This document shows, piece by piece, positions 38,068 through 51,722 of a DNA stretch of 64,000 bases; position 1 is the first letter of the stretch; every line of letters starts with the position of its first letter. Location: assembly GCA_905178155.1 (NCBI GenBank), contig CAJINV010000005.1:1986054-2050053 (forward strand), given 5' to 3'. The DNA is from Amoebophrya sp. A120 (taxonomy: Eukaryota; Protista; Dinoflagellata). The translations under genes and the position numbers were made by a program. Under the pieces are notes generated by a model, which was not told the origin of the DNA, made no database searches, and was given only the letters and a program-made list of their open reading frames with translations.

Positions 38068-38714
38068 ATTCTTCCGCCTTCCTACTGGAGAAACAGTGCA
38101 TTTCTTTTGTATTTGTCTGCTTCTGTCCCCTTCCCCTTCATTCTTCCAGAAGGTTTGCGGTTGATTCCTCGATGGCCTTGCTGCAGCCGGAGCTTCCCAC
38201 TCAGTATTTTTACGGTCCTACGCATTGTAGTCGAAAAAATTCTGGGAGAGACGCATTCGTGTCAGCTTCATTTAACGAGGGCATGCGCCTCATATATTAA
38301 CGGACACAATGGGCAAGTAAAAACCCTCCAGCGCTACCAGACCGCGATCGCTACGGCAATTATCGAGGCCAAGTCTTGAAAAATTCGCCGAAGCAATCGG
38401 GCCGGCTGCAACTCAACCCATCAATCGAAACGACACTCTAAGCCTCGCAGGCCGCAAACCGGCCATCGGCTGCCATCCGCTTGCACAGTGTATATATAAT
38501 ACCAAATTTTGCCAAACCTCCGCCACTGCAAAATTTTTACAAAGCTGTCATCCGGGTACTTATTTGGATGGCAGTTGAAGCCTATCAAGCTTTGACGCCT
38601 TCGAGATCTAAAAGCCTTGCTTCCAAATCGGGATTTCGGACAAAGTTAGAAGAAGCAGCCAGAAGCTTCTAGAACTTCCGCGTCTGGTTTGCAGGACACC
38701 AGCCGCGAGCCCGA

Positions 38715-39290
38715 CCTGAAGCGGCTGAAGTCAGGTGGACAGCTGACACGGCGTCCACCTGAGTTCGCTTGGCCTGGCGTCTGCACGAAAACCCAAGTGA
38801 ACTTGAAGTAGAAGTTGACCCGGCGTCTACATTAATTCATTTGACCTAGACCCGGCGTCTACCTCAATTTCAGGTGGACGCTGAGACCTTTGCGCGAAGG
38901 AATGAAACCAGGTGGACACTTGCTCCGATGGTCCCCAGCAATCCAGGTTTGTTGAGCGCCTGACCGGGCACCCACCCGAATTCAAGTTGACACCCGACCC
39001 GACGGACACCGGAAGTCCAGGTGGGTGCCAGGCCCGAAGTCCACCGTGAGCCGGCGTCCACTCGAAATTGAGGCGGACGCTTGGCCCGGCGCCCAATTGA
39101 AATTCACACGGGCGCGCAGATGAACTCAGTAGGCTGTTTGACCTCGCTTCGAATTGAATTTAGGTGGACGCTTCATCCGGCACCCAACTGAATCCAGGTG
39201 GACGCCTGGCCCGACTTCCAACTGAAGTTCAGGCTGGCGCGCGCTTGCCTCGGCTTCCGCCTGAATTCGCTTGGCCCAGCTCTTGCCCAA
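38715..39290. repeat. Degenerate array of GGCGTCCACCT / AGGTGGACGCC motifs in both orientations
   Basis: Many imperfect copies linked by GAATTC/GAAGTT-like spacers. Confidence 0.75.
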
Positions 39291-39514
39291 GTGCTTGATC
39301 CCCACGATGCTAGCAAAGGTCCGCGGACCGGCTACGGTTGCGTCAGCTTCTCAAGAAATTTCTCCAAGCAGCTTTCTGAAGGCCATGCCTGAAGCGCTGC
39401 TTTAATGGATATTCTTAGGGCTGGGTCTCTTGGCTTCGTTTTGATTTTCATTTTTCAAGCCACGCCTTTATGGATGCAAGATAATGATAGTTTCAGTTCA
39501 TGTACTTATATTCT

Positions 39515-40567
39515 TCAAATCAAGTGGTCAGCTGTCTCGCCTCTAACACATCCCGGATTTCGATCGTAAGTTTTCCCGGCTTCTTTAAAAAAGTCCGTGT
39601 TTAAAAGGTCCACCACACTTTCGTATCTGCTGCCTGAGTACGGAACCATGTACACCGTAATGTCCCTTCCTAGCTGTAGGCGGTAGCTGTAGGTATCTAC
39701 CATATAGTGCCTATTTAAAGACCGAAGCATACAAGCCCGGAATATGTTCTCCCAAGCTCGCCGAAAATCAAGATTTGTAGTGCTCTCGGTAGGACCGTTG
39801 CCGTCTGCCAACATCTTCAGGTAAGGTCCGAATACATGCTCGACAAACAAATAGCCGATTTGATAGTAATATCTATCTTTCTGTGCCTTTGTTGCCTGCT
39901 TGTATTTTGTCTCCGCGTTCTCAGCGTCGTAGCCGGAGAGTCTGACGCGCTCTTTGATTTTTGGAGCAAGTTCTTGCAATGTCGGGTCGTCGAGTGTCTT
40001 CGCGTCACCATCACCGACAGAAAAAATTGGTCTCCAGTCGTTCTTGTCTGTGATGTCGAAGTGCACCAGCAACCGGGTCATTTGCGTCTTGTAGTGATCA
40101 ATCTTGTTCTGAGGTACCTGACCTCCATGATTGACTATTAACGTCGCGATTTCCACGGGCAACACATCCAGGACGACATCAACTACAGCCATCACAGCCT
40201 CCTTTGGATCGTTGTTGCACACATCTTGTATCCTTTTAAACTGCTCTTGCTTCTTCGGAAGTTCAGCCCAGCGCGTCAATCTACCTCTTCCAGCCGTCTT
40301 CGCCCAAAATTTACTTCTCTCCAAACTTGCCTCAAGCTTCTGAACCGTGTACCCCTCGTCCCGGAAATACTTTACAAGCTCCTGGCGCCACAAGTTCTGC
40401 TTATGCAATTGAAATCTGTGGTGAGGCAAAGCTTGAAAAATGATACTTTCAGCAGCTACGCCATGCCATGCAAGAGAAAAAAAAGAACTCCGTCCCCGTG
40501 ATGGTCCTACGATCTGCAGCTGAGTTTGAATGATGAACAACATCAACAGGCCCGAGAAACGTCGCAC
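39515..40567 (-). CDS. Hypothetical, possibly secreted, intronless protein
   Basis: 350-aa uninterrupted ORF with a hydrophobic N-terminus. Confidence 0.7.
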   Translation of the reverse strand: MRRFSGLLMLFIIQTQLQIVGPSRGRSSFFSLAWHGVAAESIIFQALPHHRFQLHKQNLWRQELVKYFRDEGYTVQKLEASLERSKFWAKTAGRGRLTRWAELPKKQEQFKRIQDVCNNDPKEAVMAVVDVVLDVLPVEIATLIVNHGGQVPQNKIDHYKTQMTRLLVHFDITDKNDWRPIFSVGDGDAKTLDDPTLQELAPKIKERVRLSGYDAENAETKYKQATKAQKDRYYYQIGYLFVEHVFGPYLKMLADGNGPTESTTNLDFRRAWENIFRACMLRSLNRHYMVDTYSYRLQLGRDITVYMVPYSGSRYESVVDLLNTDFFKEAGKTYDRNPGCVRGETADHLI

Positions 40568-43500
40568 TGCAGTAGCTTCGATCGATTGGGGCGAGGTAGG
40601 TCTGTCTCATTTCCGCAGCGGACCCTACTGTTCATACTCTAGGACTGGTGTCCACCACGATTTAGACACCACGAGCAGCCTCGCCTCGTATCTGTCAGAA
40701 AGGAAAAAGCAACAAAAGCAGAGACCAGACCTGCGAAATTCGACTAAGTCTCTTGGTGGGCGAGACATCTTCACGGCAATAGGGCCGCCACCTGGCGCAC
40801 GGCTACAACCAAAGAGCCCAGAACCGGCGATCGCGGTATCGAGTGTGGTCAGACAAGCGCCCTCTTTGCGGGAGGGGGCCTCCCAATTACAGTACAAGCC
40901 AGAGGACCTCCCTTTCAGCGACGCTGGTCTTAAAAGATTGATCAAACCCGGGTGAGTAAAAACATTCTGGTGGGCAGAACTCTGCGAAAAAATGATGCAA
41001 GAACGATGAGAAAGAGAAAACAGACGAGGCAAAGAGTTCCATGGAAAACAAGCACCCCAAAGCTACGCCTTTGCAGTCATCTCGGGAACTTACAGAGCGC
41101 GAAATTTGCAAGTTTAAGTTGCTGCCACGCTTTGCCCTCATGTTCCCGAGCACCCTTTTGTTTCTCTTCTCCTTTTTGTTTGGCTTCACTAGTAAAACTG
41201 CCCACTCCATTGTAGAAGCCGACTCGATGTTGACACCATGGACACGTTGCTGCAAAATGCCTGCTTATCTATTAAAAAACAAGCAAGCAAATATTTCGGC
41301 GGCCCGATCTAAATGGCTCTGGCAACAAGCAAATACCAAGATAGAGGAATGAAGAGTCAATGAGGACGGGGAAGTGACGCCTTTCCCTTCTCTTCTTCAT
41401 CTTTGTCTTTGCGACCAGGGCGAAAACAAAGCGAAAAATTGTGCGCGCTAGAAAGCGTGGAGTGCCACTTATTTTGCCCACACTAGATTGGTGAAATAAG
41501 TAACCCTCGTCCGTGTCGCATGCAGCAGCATCATGTTGGCGATACAATAATATCAATATCTGCTAAAGACTTTTGCGCAGTCTTTTCTAGCTTCACTCTC
41601 CTGTCTAGAGAGAATATTGTTTTGCTTTTTTAATATACAATATGCAGTCTTATTTAATATTAGCAAATGAAAAATGGCCGAAAACGCTCTTCCCACAGGG
41701 CTCAAGAGGCGACCTGGGCGCGAGTTCTTGGCCAAGCGGTTCCATTATCTAAACCCCTACTCACATGCATGGCTGCGCTATCATTTTCGTGCGTGAGCCT
41801 CAGCGTCCATAGCCGATCATAAAACTTGCCGTTTCTCGAGGGGCGATTAAAAACGTAATGTACCGGTTTACCAACCAGGTATGTGCCCACAGTGAGCACG
41901 GTCTTCCCCGCAAGGGCAAAGGCCTCCACTGCTGTCTTTGCCTCAGCCGACTTCGCACCATGTCTAAGTCCTTCCGCTGGCGACCAGCTCCTCCTTGTTG
42001 CTGGAGGGATCATTGTCGATCTTCCGCTTCGTCGACTTCTGATCAATATACACTGCGTCAAATATGTCTGAGCCTGAAAGACTGCAAATATTCGGCATGC
42101 AGCTTGTACATCATCCAGGAGGCCTGTCCTCACGCATGCGAAAGCGTTGCAGGTTTTGCGCAGGCTTCTTGATGCGCATCCTGCATCGAAAGAAATCCCT
42201 TGTTCGTAATCACTGTGCAAGTGCAACGGTGGACATGACTATACAACTTTTCGTGTTTTTCTGCCCGCGCATCATCATCATCATCATCATCATCATATTG
42301 TCGTGCACTAGGGAAGGACGTGCGGAGACATGATTCTTAATGCGTGACCCAGGCTGCGCGTCACATCCCAATGGAACGCTTCGACTTCAAGACCTCGTCC
42401 CAGACATATCATATCGATATTGTATATATGTATTCTATTTGCAATGCATAAACAAAAGTTGTTGTGCCCGTTGGTCCTCCACGCTCCTTTTTTTACAGCT
42501 GGGCGCAAGATCAAATAGATTCAGGTAGTTCGTACAGGCGAAGTATCAATCACGGGGCTCGGCGGAGAAGTAGTTGCTCGTGGTGCTTCTGGCCAACTCC
42601 GACACGCCGACGAGTACTTCCGTTATTTATCCTGATTAAAAACGTACCCGCCTGAGAGTTGTAAAGATTGAAAGTCCGCCACACAAATCAAGCGAAAGCC
42701 ACTTTGGGAGCCCTGCGTGACTACAAACTTGGGCCCAGAGTCGGGTTTGGACTGATCAGGACGTCTCTTCAAAAAAATAAAAAAACTTTGAAAACAAAGA
42801 AATGAATACCGTTCGTGAAGAGCCGCGTGAGACGCTTCCCGTGCATGCGCAATCCAGGTTTTCTGTACGAAGATAAGTACGTATTACTACGTTTTCAGGA
42901 GGATGAGTGCTGTTTTCTGAATATTTGGTAAGAGTAGTTCCGTCCCAGCAGAACAGATTACTTAATCGCCGATGGGTAATATCTGGTCTCTAGAACAGAC
43001 GGTCGCGTGACAGACTGGTGTAAGTTCAAGATCAAGTTGTGATTTCAGAATTAAAAATAAACAAATGAGATTTTCTTGGTCGTAAAGCAATAGCCGAACT
43101 TCTTGCGGCATAAAACAATCTCCATTGAAAAGCTTGTCGTAGCTTCGGGTCGGGAATCTGAAAGTGGGTTAATGTAGTTGTCCAGACGCAGCCACGCTGG
43201 CAGTAACCTTTCTCGTATGTACGTCCACGGCAACAGCGGGTGAAAAGGACGAGGAAGTTGTACGCTTTACGAAAAGCACGAAACTTTTTTTGAATGCAAC
43301 CGAATAAACATCGAGGCACAGCAAAACAAGCGTCGAAAAAAAAGTACTGCATAGACTCTACTGCACGTAGTTCCGTAGAGCTCAGTGAAGAACTTCTCTG
43401 GACAAGCCTGTCCACGTTGACGAGCAGAACGAGGGGACAGAAATAAACATGTCACACAACCGAATCTTGTTCACCTAGCTTCCTCGAAGCATTGGCAGGG

Positions 43501-45422
43501 GAAACGTCGTCCAGTACGATGTCGCTGCAGTCAAATGTTGCACGAAAGACGAGAGTTGTACCGACATGCGCAAGGAGAGTTCGTTGTACCGAGAATGCCG
43601 CCGAAATTAGGCTTATCCCAAAGCAACACCGAAAATAACGGAGTGCGACATCGCCGAGCTGTACGAAACAAGATTGGAAATACATCAAAAAATGGAACGG
43701 GGACGGGTGTATAAACGCTACGCTTTTTGTTACGACACCCGGTTGACAGAAGGGGGGCAGAGATTTCGTCGCGCTGATGAACAACACTTCTCGAACTTTA
43801 TCGGGGCATAATCGTGATCATCCATCATAAGCCTCCTCTTCAATTTCTGTACTGAAAACGTGACCTTGCAAGAAGCAACGCGAGAGAACCCACGAGACCG
43901 CCATGGGCCGTAATTACTCTTTTTTTTGTCGTAGAAATTCTTTCAGTCTCGCTGCGGATTCAAAGCCAAGAAATTTTCCGCAACTTCGAATGCAAGTAGA
44001 AAACAGCTTCAACACCGTGGTGAGTGTACTTAGTTTCTTGGAAATTCCTTCGCAAAGGTCTTGCGCAATAATTCGCCCCAGTAGAAAGAGTGATAGATTC
44101 ATGGATTATGTGAGGTTTTTCTTGCTTCCAAATCGTCCGGCGTTTTCAGCATGTACTATTCTTGCGTACCAACCGCTTACCAGAACTGCCTCCGCCGCGC
44201 AAGAACTATTCATAAGTTCTCCTCCCTGGGTACAAAAACCGCGTCGAGCTTTTCGTCTGTGTCAACATTCGGCGGGGCGACAAGGGAGATAAACCAGCGT
44301 CGCGAAGGACCGCCACCGCCTGGTCCCGAACTGCCCGCGTTGGCTTCGCTTGTTCTCTACCTCTTGATGTGTCCCAGCCGGTTGCCGCCTTTATTCTGCA
44401 CCGCTGCACAAGTTCATCAAGCTCTTGTTGATCGTTCCAGAAGAACGAACCGTTGTTCCACTACTTCCGCAGCTCTTCAACATCGTATGCCGCGTACTAT
44501 CGAATGCGAATAGCTCTCGGTCTGGAAGCTTCTGATGCCGGGTAAGGAAACACAGAGACGCCTCAAATGCAGGCCAAGCATGGAAAGCTGCTGAGCAGCT
44601 ACTTGCTAGAAGTTTTGTTTATTGATCATTTTGCACGACAAACTGCGACTTTTCCTAACAGAAGCAAGCTTTTGGCTGGTAATCCGCATGGCAGACTTGA
44701 CACTCATGCTGGCCAGGCATCAAAAGTCTTCGTTCTCCCTTCTACTTCCAGACCGAGACATATTTGCACTGCATACCATCTTGGCCTCGTCGCCAAGTTG
44801 AAGTTGCGAACGCCCAACTCTGCGTGTTCGTGTGGCGTTTGTTGAGAGCCCGGATTAGGAAGTGGTGCCACAACGGCCGACACGAGACGGAAAAGAAGTC
44901 CGTGCAGTTCTTTGGAAATCACGAACGAAGTTCTCGGTACTGTATCCCGTGCAAAAAAAGAAGTGACCAATTGCCAAGAGTTCTTGTCTTTGTAAAATGC
45001 AACTCTGCGTCCCCAGAACGTCCTCTCTCTTTCTACGGCTGTACATGAGATGGGGTTTCAGAATGCAAAGGTTGTATTGAAAGTCTTTAATACGGCTCTT
45101 CAGTGTGATAAGATTAAGTAGAGAGTGAATGCGTGCAGATAGTATTATGTTACCGAAGCATGACCATGATATGTGTGGTGCGGACTTCTAAAGAACAGAA
45201 CTGGGAGAATGCGCAATAACACTTCGACCTTCAGCTTGCCTCATTCTCTACGAAGACTTCACACTGCCTGAATCTGGGGTAATTACTGGAAACGTTCTCT
45301 TCACACAGGATACTTGGACCGATCTCGTACGTGTTTGTTTCCCAGCAACGTGAATCCGCGCGAGCGAGAGGAGGAGAATCACCGGCGCCAAGTTTTACTG
45401 CTCCTGTCCGGGAGACAATAAA

Positions 45423-48400
45423 TCAGTTTGCCTCACCCTTTCATGCCCTTCAGAGCCCGCATTTTGCCCTTCCCCATGCCCGACGCCACCTTCTTTCCCT
45501 TCATCCTCGCAAATTGTGCTTTCGCCGCAGCTATCGAGTGCAAACATGTCTGGGGCTGGATAAGTTCAAAAGTTTTTCATGCTTGTCTCGCATGACAGTT
45601 GAATCTGTGATGCTTGGGCAGGAAAAAAGCCGCTTGACTGTCAGGCAAAAGTGCAGCTTGCCATGCGGAAAGCGAAACACAAAAAAGAGTCTGGAAACTT
45701 GTCATGCGGGGCTGCGCGATGGAGTTGCACGCCCATCACTCACAAACTAGCATCACAAGTTTCCAGAGCCAGACATATTTGCACTGCATAGCAGCAACCT
45801 CGTCCATGTCGTCCGCCGAAGATTCGGAGCTGGTCTCGCTCTGCTCAAACTCCGTATCAGAGTGCACATCTCCCCCTTCCCCTCATTTGCAGTGCGTGAA
45901 CAGCAACACAAACGCCAGCACATGTGGAGCTTGTGCATGATAAATTCAAGCCGCGACGACGGACTGCAGTACTGTCTGGGCCACTTCTAGAATTCGTCAT
46001 AATGCCAACAGTGCTATAGGACTGCGACTGGATTTGGGATTTTGGATAACGTGAGCAAATGAGGGGGAGGGGGAGTTGTGTCCTCTCATACTCCCGCGCT
46101 TTCGCGTACAAGTACCCGTTGCACAGGACCCGCATCAGACAGAGCAGCATCACGATCCACAAAAAGTACGTGCCGACGTAGTAGGGCGGGTTGGGCTAGT
46201 ATCCCGAGAAAAAGAGGTTACAGTTTCATTCACGAATTTGTTCGTCACTTCAGAAACACAAACTTTCTTTTTTTGCATGCTGGCAGAAAAAAACTTGAAA
46301 AGCAGAGAAAGAGATGATTACAGAGAAGGCAATAGAAAAAACACGTATGAAACTACTAGGCCCCTGAGCACCAGTGTCCGGCATGACGGAACTCGTCTGC
46401 CTTGCTTGGCCTGCATCCCAATGTCTACCCGTAACACTCTTTTCTGTGCATAGGTAGTAACTCTCCCGGTCCAGCTGCGAAAACACGGCATCCATTGCCA
46501 TGTCGAACCCGAAAAAAGTGATCACGAGCGATATGCCTTGCAACTATGTCTGGGTCTGGATAATGCTGGTCTTGCATTCCTGTCAGAGGTATTTTGCATG
46601 ACCATACAAAAATCGCACCAGCCCCGTTTCTCGTCATACAAAAACGCAGTTTCTCGTGCGGACTGCGCATGAGGAAGCGCCCTGCAAGCTTGATGTCATG
46701 CTTGGCTGCATTCGGAAGTGTTCTCATTATCCACAGCTCAGCATCACAAATCTCCAGGCCCAGACATATTTGCGGTTGATAAAGGACCACATGGCACAGA
46801 ACATCGAGACGAACGCGTACCGGAGCTCCCGTGGGGAAAACGACGTGGTCCACAGCTATGGCCTCGTCAAATGGAACCCTAGCGTAAATCGGAATTTGTC
46901 TTGCATAAAGAGCAAAGGCGGAGAAAGGTGCCATTTACAGTTTTGCATCACAAATCTTGTGCGGATTTCTCCAATGCGGTTTGGAGTGTCAAACATTTGT
47001 CATGCTAGACTTCGTCGAAGCATCACAGATCGTTCGCACTTTGCATCGCAAATTGTTCCAGTTGAGATTGTTCCATTTGAGCAGGTCATAGCAGCAACGC
47101 CCGAAACTGGAGGATCAACGCGAGCGACATCACTATCCCACAGAAAAAAGCTCACAGGTCAACATATTAATTTGTAATTCTAAAATCTATAACACGGAAC
47201 ATCAACATCTATCATGCGCAAGCCCCTAGGATGCTGCTCCATGAATACAAGAGCGACGATTTTCTTCATCCCTACATTTCTGCACTATATGATACCAACG
47301 TGACCTGCCAGCTTTTTTCTGAGGGATAATCACCCTATCGAACGCAAAAAGTTGTGTTTCACCGTAACAATTTGTTTCTGGAATAGTACTCGCATGACAA
47401 GCTTGTCTCTGGAGATATTTGAAAACCTGATTTCTATGCGCCGTGATTTCCGAATGCAAACCATGCGGCGAAGAATGATGCCTGATAGAAATGCATTTTT
47501 TGTGATTTTGCATTTTGGCAAGGGAAATTAAAGTTTAAGTTTGTGTGTCGCATCATAATTTCCTGCGTCTCAAGAAGTTTACCGTGAAACCGTTTTTTCT
47601 TTCCCTAAACACACGCCACGATGTACTGGTAGACCGACTATGGAGTGCAACAAACGCGTCTGGGTCTGGAAGAAAAATGAATAAGAAAAACAGTACTGCT
47701 TCTCCTGCGTTATTCCTGCAAAAACAAAAAGTTCACTGCTGCAAAATCATAAGAAGCCTCAGTTGTTCCTTGTCATGCAGAGCCGCAGGTGGTATTTGAA
47801 AAAAATTAAAAATGCGCACTATGCGGAAAAAGCAACAAGCGTAGTGTTTTTATGAAGTTTGTCATGCTACTTGTGTGTTCTCGTGCTGTCCTCCTCAACT
47901 TTCTTATCGAACCAATCAGCCCCGCAAAATTTCCGGATCCAGACAAGCTTCTTTGCATTTCGTACCGCCATCTCGTTGTACATCTTGCACTTCAACCGGT
48001 ACCTTTTTGCATTTTTCTTTTCGCATCAGAATTTTTTCTAGAATGCCACTCTTCACAACATGATCGAAAGATGATTGATCTAGATCCTCCATGCTGCAGC
48101 GAAGATGAATAAAGCCATATCTATGCTTAGTGCGTGTACTCTACTTATGTATTTTTGACAAGCAAGTATCAAGAACAACATTTTCGAGTTCCTCACCAGA
48201 TGCAGATGGGGCTCTGGCACCCAACGAACATTAGATTGTTTTTCGTGAAGTAATCGCACTGCTGCGCCGCCCATTCGAGCCACTCCACCTGGCTTTCCGT
48301 CTCCACACCCCACCAGGACCAGTAACGAACCTGGATGAACAGGTTGTACCAGCTATGCTGCGTAAAAACGTCGCACCCAACCTCGATAAATAAAGCTGCT

Positions 48401-48965
48401 TCAATAGAAGTAGTTTTGCTGCTGCCTATCAGACAAAGTTCTTTTACTTCTGCTTGTTATGCTCCTTTCATCTACAAGCGTTTATGCAATTTTTGCAAGA
48501 AACTGTGGATTTTTATTCGATATGGTAGCTGTACGTAGTTTTCACACGGCCTATCCCCCCTCGGTTTTTCGCATCCAACCCAGCACTACCAACTGTAAAA
48601 ATGTCTGGGTCTGGAAGAATGCAAGTTTGTCATGCTTGTCTGGCATGACTCGAGAATCTGTGTTGCATAGGCACGAAAAAGCCCTCTTATCTGTCACGCA
48701 AAAACGCAGTTTGCCATGCGGAATACGTAAGACATGGCAGCCACAAAATTTGTCATGCATAGCTGCGTATTGCAGTGCGTCTATCATTCATTTTTAGCAT
48801 TACAAGTTTCCAGACCCAGACATTTTTACATTTGATAAGCACCATGATAAACAGCTCCAACCACATAGAGAAAAACGCGAAGATCAAAATCGCTTTGGGC
48901 ATCCTGCCCTTCATGCGCATGCGACACATCTTGCGCGGGGAGGTTCAGCGGGAAAGGTGGCCGCC
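45423..48965 (-). CDS. Hypothetical multi-pass membrane protein, multi-exon (5' end uncertain, perhaps to ~49350)
   Basis: Joined exons give KAILIFAFFSMWLELFIMVLGW, FCAMWSFVITFFGFDMA, FLWIVMLLCLM and a C-terminus DEVAAAKAQF...GEAN*. Confidence 0.6.
45532..45790. mobile_element. Introner, family A
   Basis: TSD GCAGC; TIR GTGCAAA.ATGTCTGG. Confidence 0.88.
46532..46781. mobile_element. Introner, family A
   Basis: TIR TATGTCTGGG(T/C)CTGGA; TSD AGCGA/AAGGA; removal gives AMWSFVITF. Confidence 0.85.
47639..47964. mobile_element. Introner, family A (diverged)
   Basis: GTCTGGGTCTGGAA / TTCCGGATCCAGAC; TSD CCGAC/CCGCC. Confidence 0.75.
48587..48837. mobile_element. Introner, family A
   Basis: TIR TGTAAAAATGTCTGGGTCTGGAA; TSD AGCAC. 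Confidence 0.92.
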
Positions 48966-49695
48966 TGGGGGAGAACAAAATTACAAACAACTACGGATCT
49001 AGGTTTTTCCTTTTTTTCTTCGAATCTAAATTGAAGTATGGAGAGAACTACAACCTGGAAACCTACGATTTGATGTTTTTTGTCGTATTCTTTCTTCCAC
49101 TTCCGCGGGGAAAATCGAGAGTTGCCAAGACGACTAAATTTGTTCTGCTTGCGACATTATTTTTCGAGAAACGAAACGCCAAAAACGAAAAACTCTCTCT
49201 CAGTATACGAATACAGTCTCGACGTCTTTGAAAGAGTCTCTGCTCTCCTCCAAGAGCGCTCGAATTCATTTCGGCTTCCTGTTTGCACTCCAAGTGGTCC
49301 CAGCCACAGACACAATCATCTTCCGACGCTCCGACGAAAGAGACCACCATGGCAGGTACTTACACTGGAAAATCGATTTGACGGTTTGCCAAAGTATAGA
49401 AGTTTTATTTCCCGTCGTTTATCTTATATCCACGAGCAGGAGAATGAGAACTAGAACTACTTGCGAGAGCTTATGCGTTGAAAAAATCCCGTCAACATCT
49501 CAGGGTGGCGCAAATGGTTAAAAATTCAAATTCAATCAGTCGCTTTTTGTGATGCAGCATGCATTTGCGGAGACGAGGAAGTGCACATGACAAGAACGAC
49601 AGGTTCATTTCGCTCCCGACTTAAACGAAATTCCTCGATCATCTACGTGGTCTTGCATGATGCTTCGACATCCCCTGCACGACATTCCAACGCCA

Positions 49696-51382
49696 CTACT
49701 TCGCTGTCGGTTTTGTAGCCCAGGCGTTGGCTTCCCAGGGAAACCAATGCCCTTGGTAGCTGTTCGTGCGCAACAGAAAAGCCAGAATGCCGATGATCAG
49801 GCCGAAACCGGAACCCATCAGTATCCACCGTTGGTCAGATCATGACACAATCTCAATACTAAGTGGAGCAAAGTAAGTACAAGAAGCCCATGCCCAAATT
49901 GGTCTTGCATAGGGGGCCAATCTGTTCTGCGCACAATGCATCTTTGCATAACAGATTTGGCACGCATTCGATTCGGAGTATGATAGATATGTCATACATA
50001 AACAGTATAATACGCAACTTGCTCCACCAGTAGCTGAGATTGTTCTAGCGGACGATTCCATAATGAGGACCTGGTTTGTCGTGTGATCCTTGTTCCAGAC
50101 GCGCGACCATGGGACTGGCAGACCTGATGAAAAATAAATGTTGCTCAACTTCAAGATCCCCTTGTGCTTGTACCTGTTCAGGTAATACAGGCATATCCAT
50201 AACACGTTTGTCTTTGACTATGCAGCTTACGTCGTGATCCCTATGCATGACAGAATCGCTGTCTTCACAGCAGCAAAGACAAACTTCCGGCGTTCTTATA
50301 CGACAAGAACAAACTAGTAGCAGATCTATACACAGTGCCAGCGTGACGCCGAGGAACCAGAAATTTATGTCGTTCGGGTCGGCGTCGCCCTTGCCAAGAA
50401 CCAAATATGCGAGGAAAAAAGAGTAAAAATCTGTGACGCAAAGAAAAGAAGATGCGAACCAGCTCAGTCTTGATGTCACGCTGGAGCTGCCCTTGTTGAT
50501 CTCGTTGCTTATGCTCGTATGCCTGCCAAATTTTCCTTTTCGTCATGCGGCCATCGGTCCAAGATGAAATTATTGTACTTGGTAGTACCCTTCTAACCGA
50601 CAGTTTCAAAATTATTTTCCCTGCATACCAAATCCCGGCACACGACTTCCAAACACACCCACGTCATTTGCGCGACGGTGGCAAGCGCGTGGCCGGACGG
50701 CTGTCCTGCGTGAAAACGTCCGTCCATCTCCGAGTTCGGCTAGCCATACTTGTCATGCTAATAAACCGCACCATGATGGTGCAACTACACGCAATTTATA
50801 TACGTTTGTGCTTTTGTCATGCATGTTTGGAGCTGAAGGAAAAACCGTTCCACGAGTAAAAGCATGTCCCCTTATGGTCTTTGAAATTCGGTTCGTGATT
50901 TTTGTTTTATTCTGTTTAAAACCAAACAAAATATTGGTTGAGACATCATCTCAGATGACTGAAAAGGACACAACCTCCTGGAAGATGACACGATAAGCAA
51001 TTATGGCTGCGGAAACATCAAGGACGACGTTTTGAAAACGTATCTATTAAAGTGGTATATTCCCATGGGATAAAGGCATGCCGTATTTCATGCTCCCGTC
51101 CGGGTGCCGGTTCGCGGATTCCGGCGGCCGTGGGTCCTTGAATAAGGGCTTCAGGCAGATTTCCGAGATCGCCATGCAGGCTAGCCCAATCGCGATTCCG
51201 TAGAGGTACACGAACCGCTGCGTCACCAGGTAGAAGGCCGGCAGCAAAAAGGAGAGGAGGAATGGTAGAAAACCGTACGCGACCGCGATCCAGTTCACCA
51301 CGCTGTACTCGGGCAGCCGCACCGTGACCTGCAACATCGCGAACTTCGTGTGGTTAAAATCCTCAGGAAAAACGTGCGGCAC
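49696..51382 (-). CDS. PAP2-family phosphatase, dolichyl-pyrophosphate phosphatase (DOLPP1/CAX4)-like
   Basis: Three PAP2 motifs across exons: K-x6-RP (KPLFKDPRP), YGMPSGH, and SR-x5-H-x3-Q (SRVWNKDHTTNQ); several transmembrane segments. Confidence 0.85.
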
Positions 51383-51722
51383 ATATAAACACAGCCGAAA
51401 TTATGTCGAAGATAATCTGCTATCGAAAAACTTTTATCCAAAAGCTTTACGTCGAAGTCCCCATGAGAGGAAATTTGAACACGTAGTGCGGTAGTGCTTG
51501 TGCTGGGCAGCTATAGAAGCCGCAGCACAACAAATTGGCCGCTTTATTGTCCCGACGAGGGCATGTGCATGACTTATTCCAAAACACTATAATTTAGAAA
51601 ATGCCCCGCCTCATGTTGGAATTGCGAACGACAGAGACAGACGTCCTGCCCATCAACATCATGGACGAGATCTGCATGACACTTATACGGCCGCCGGTGC
51701 CACGTTGCATTTCCCCAGGATA

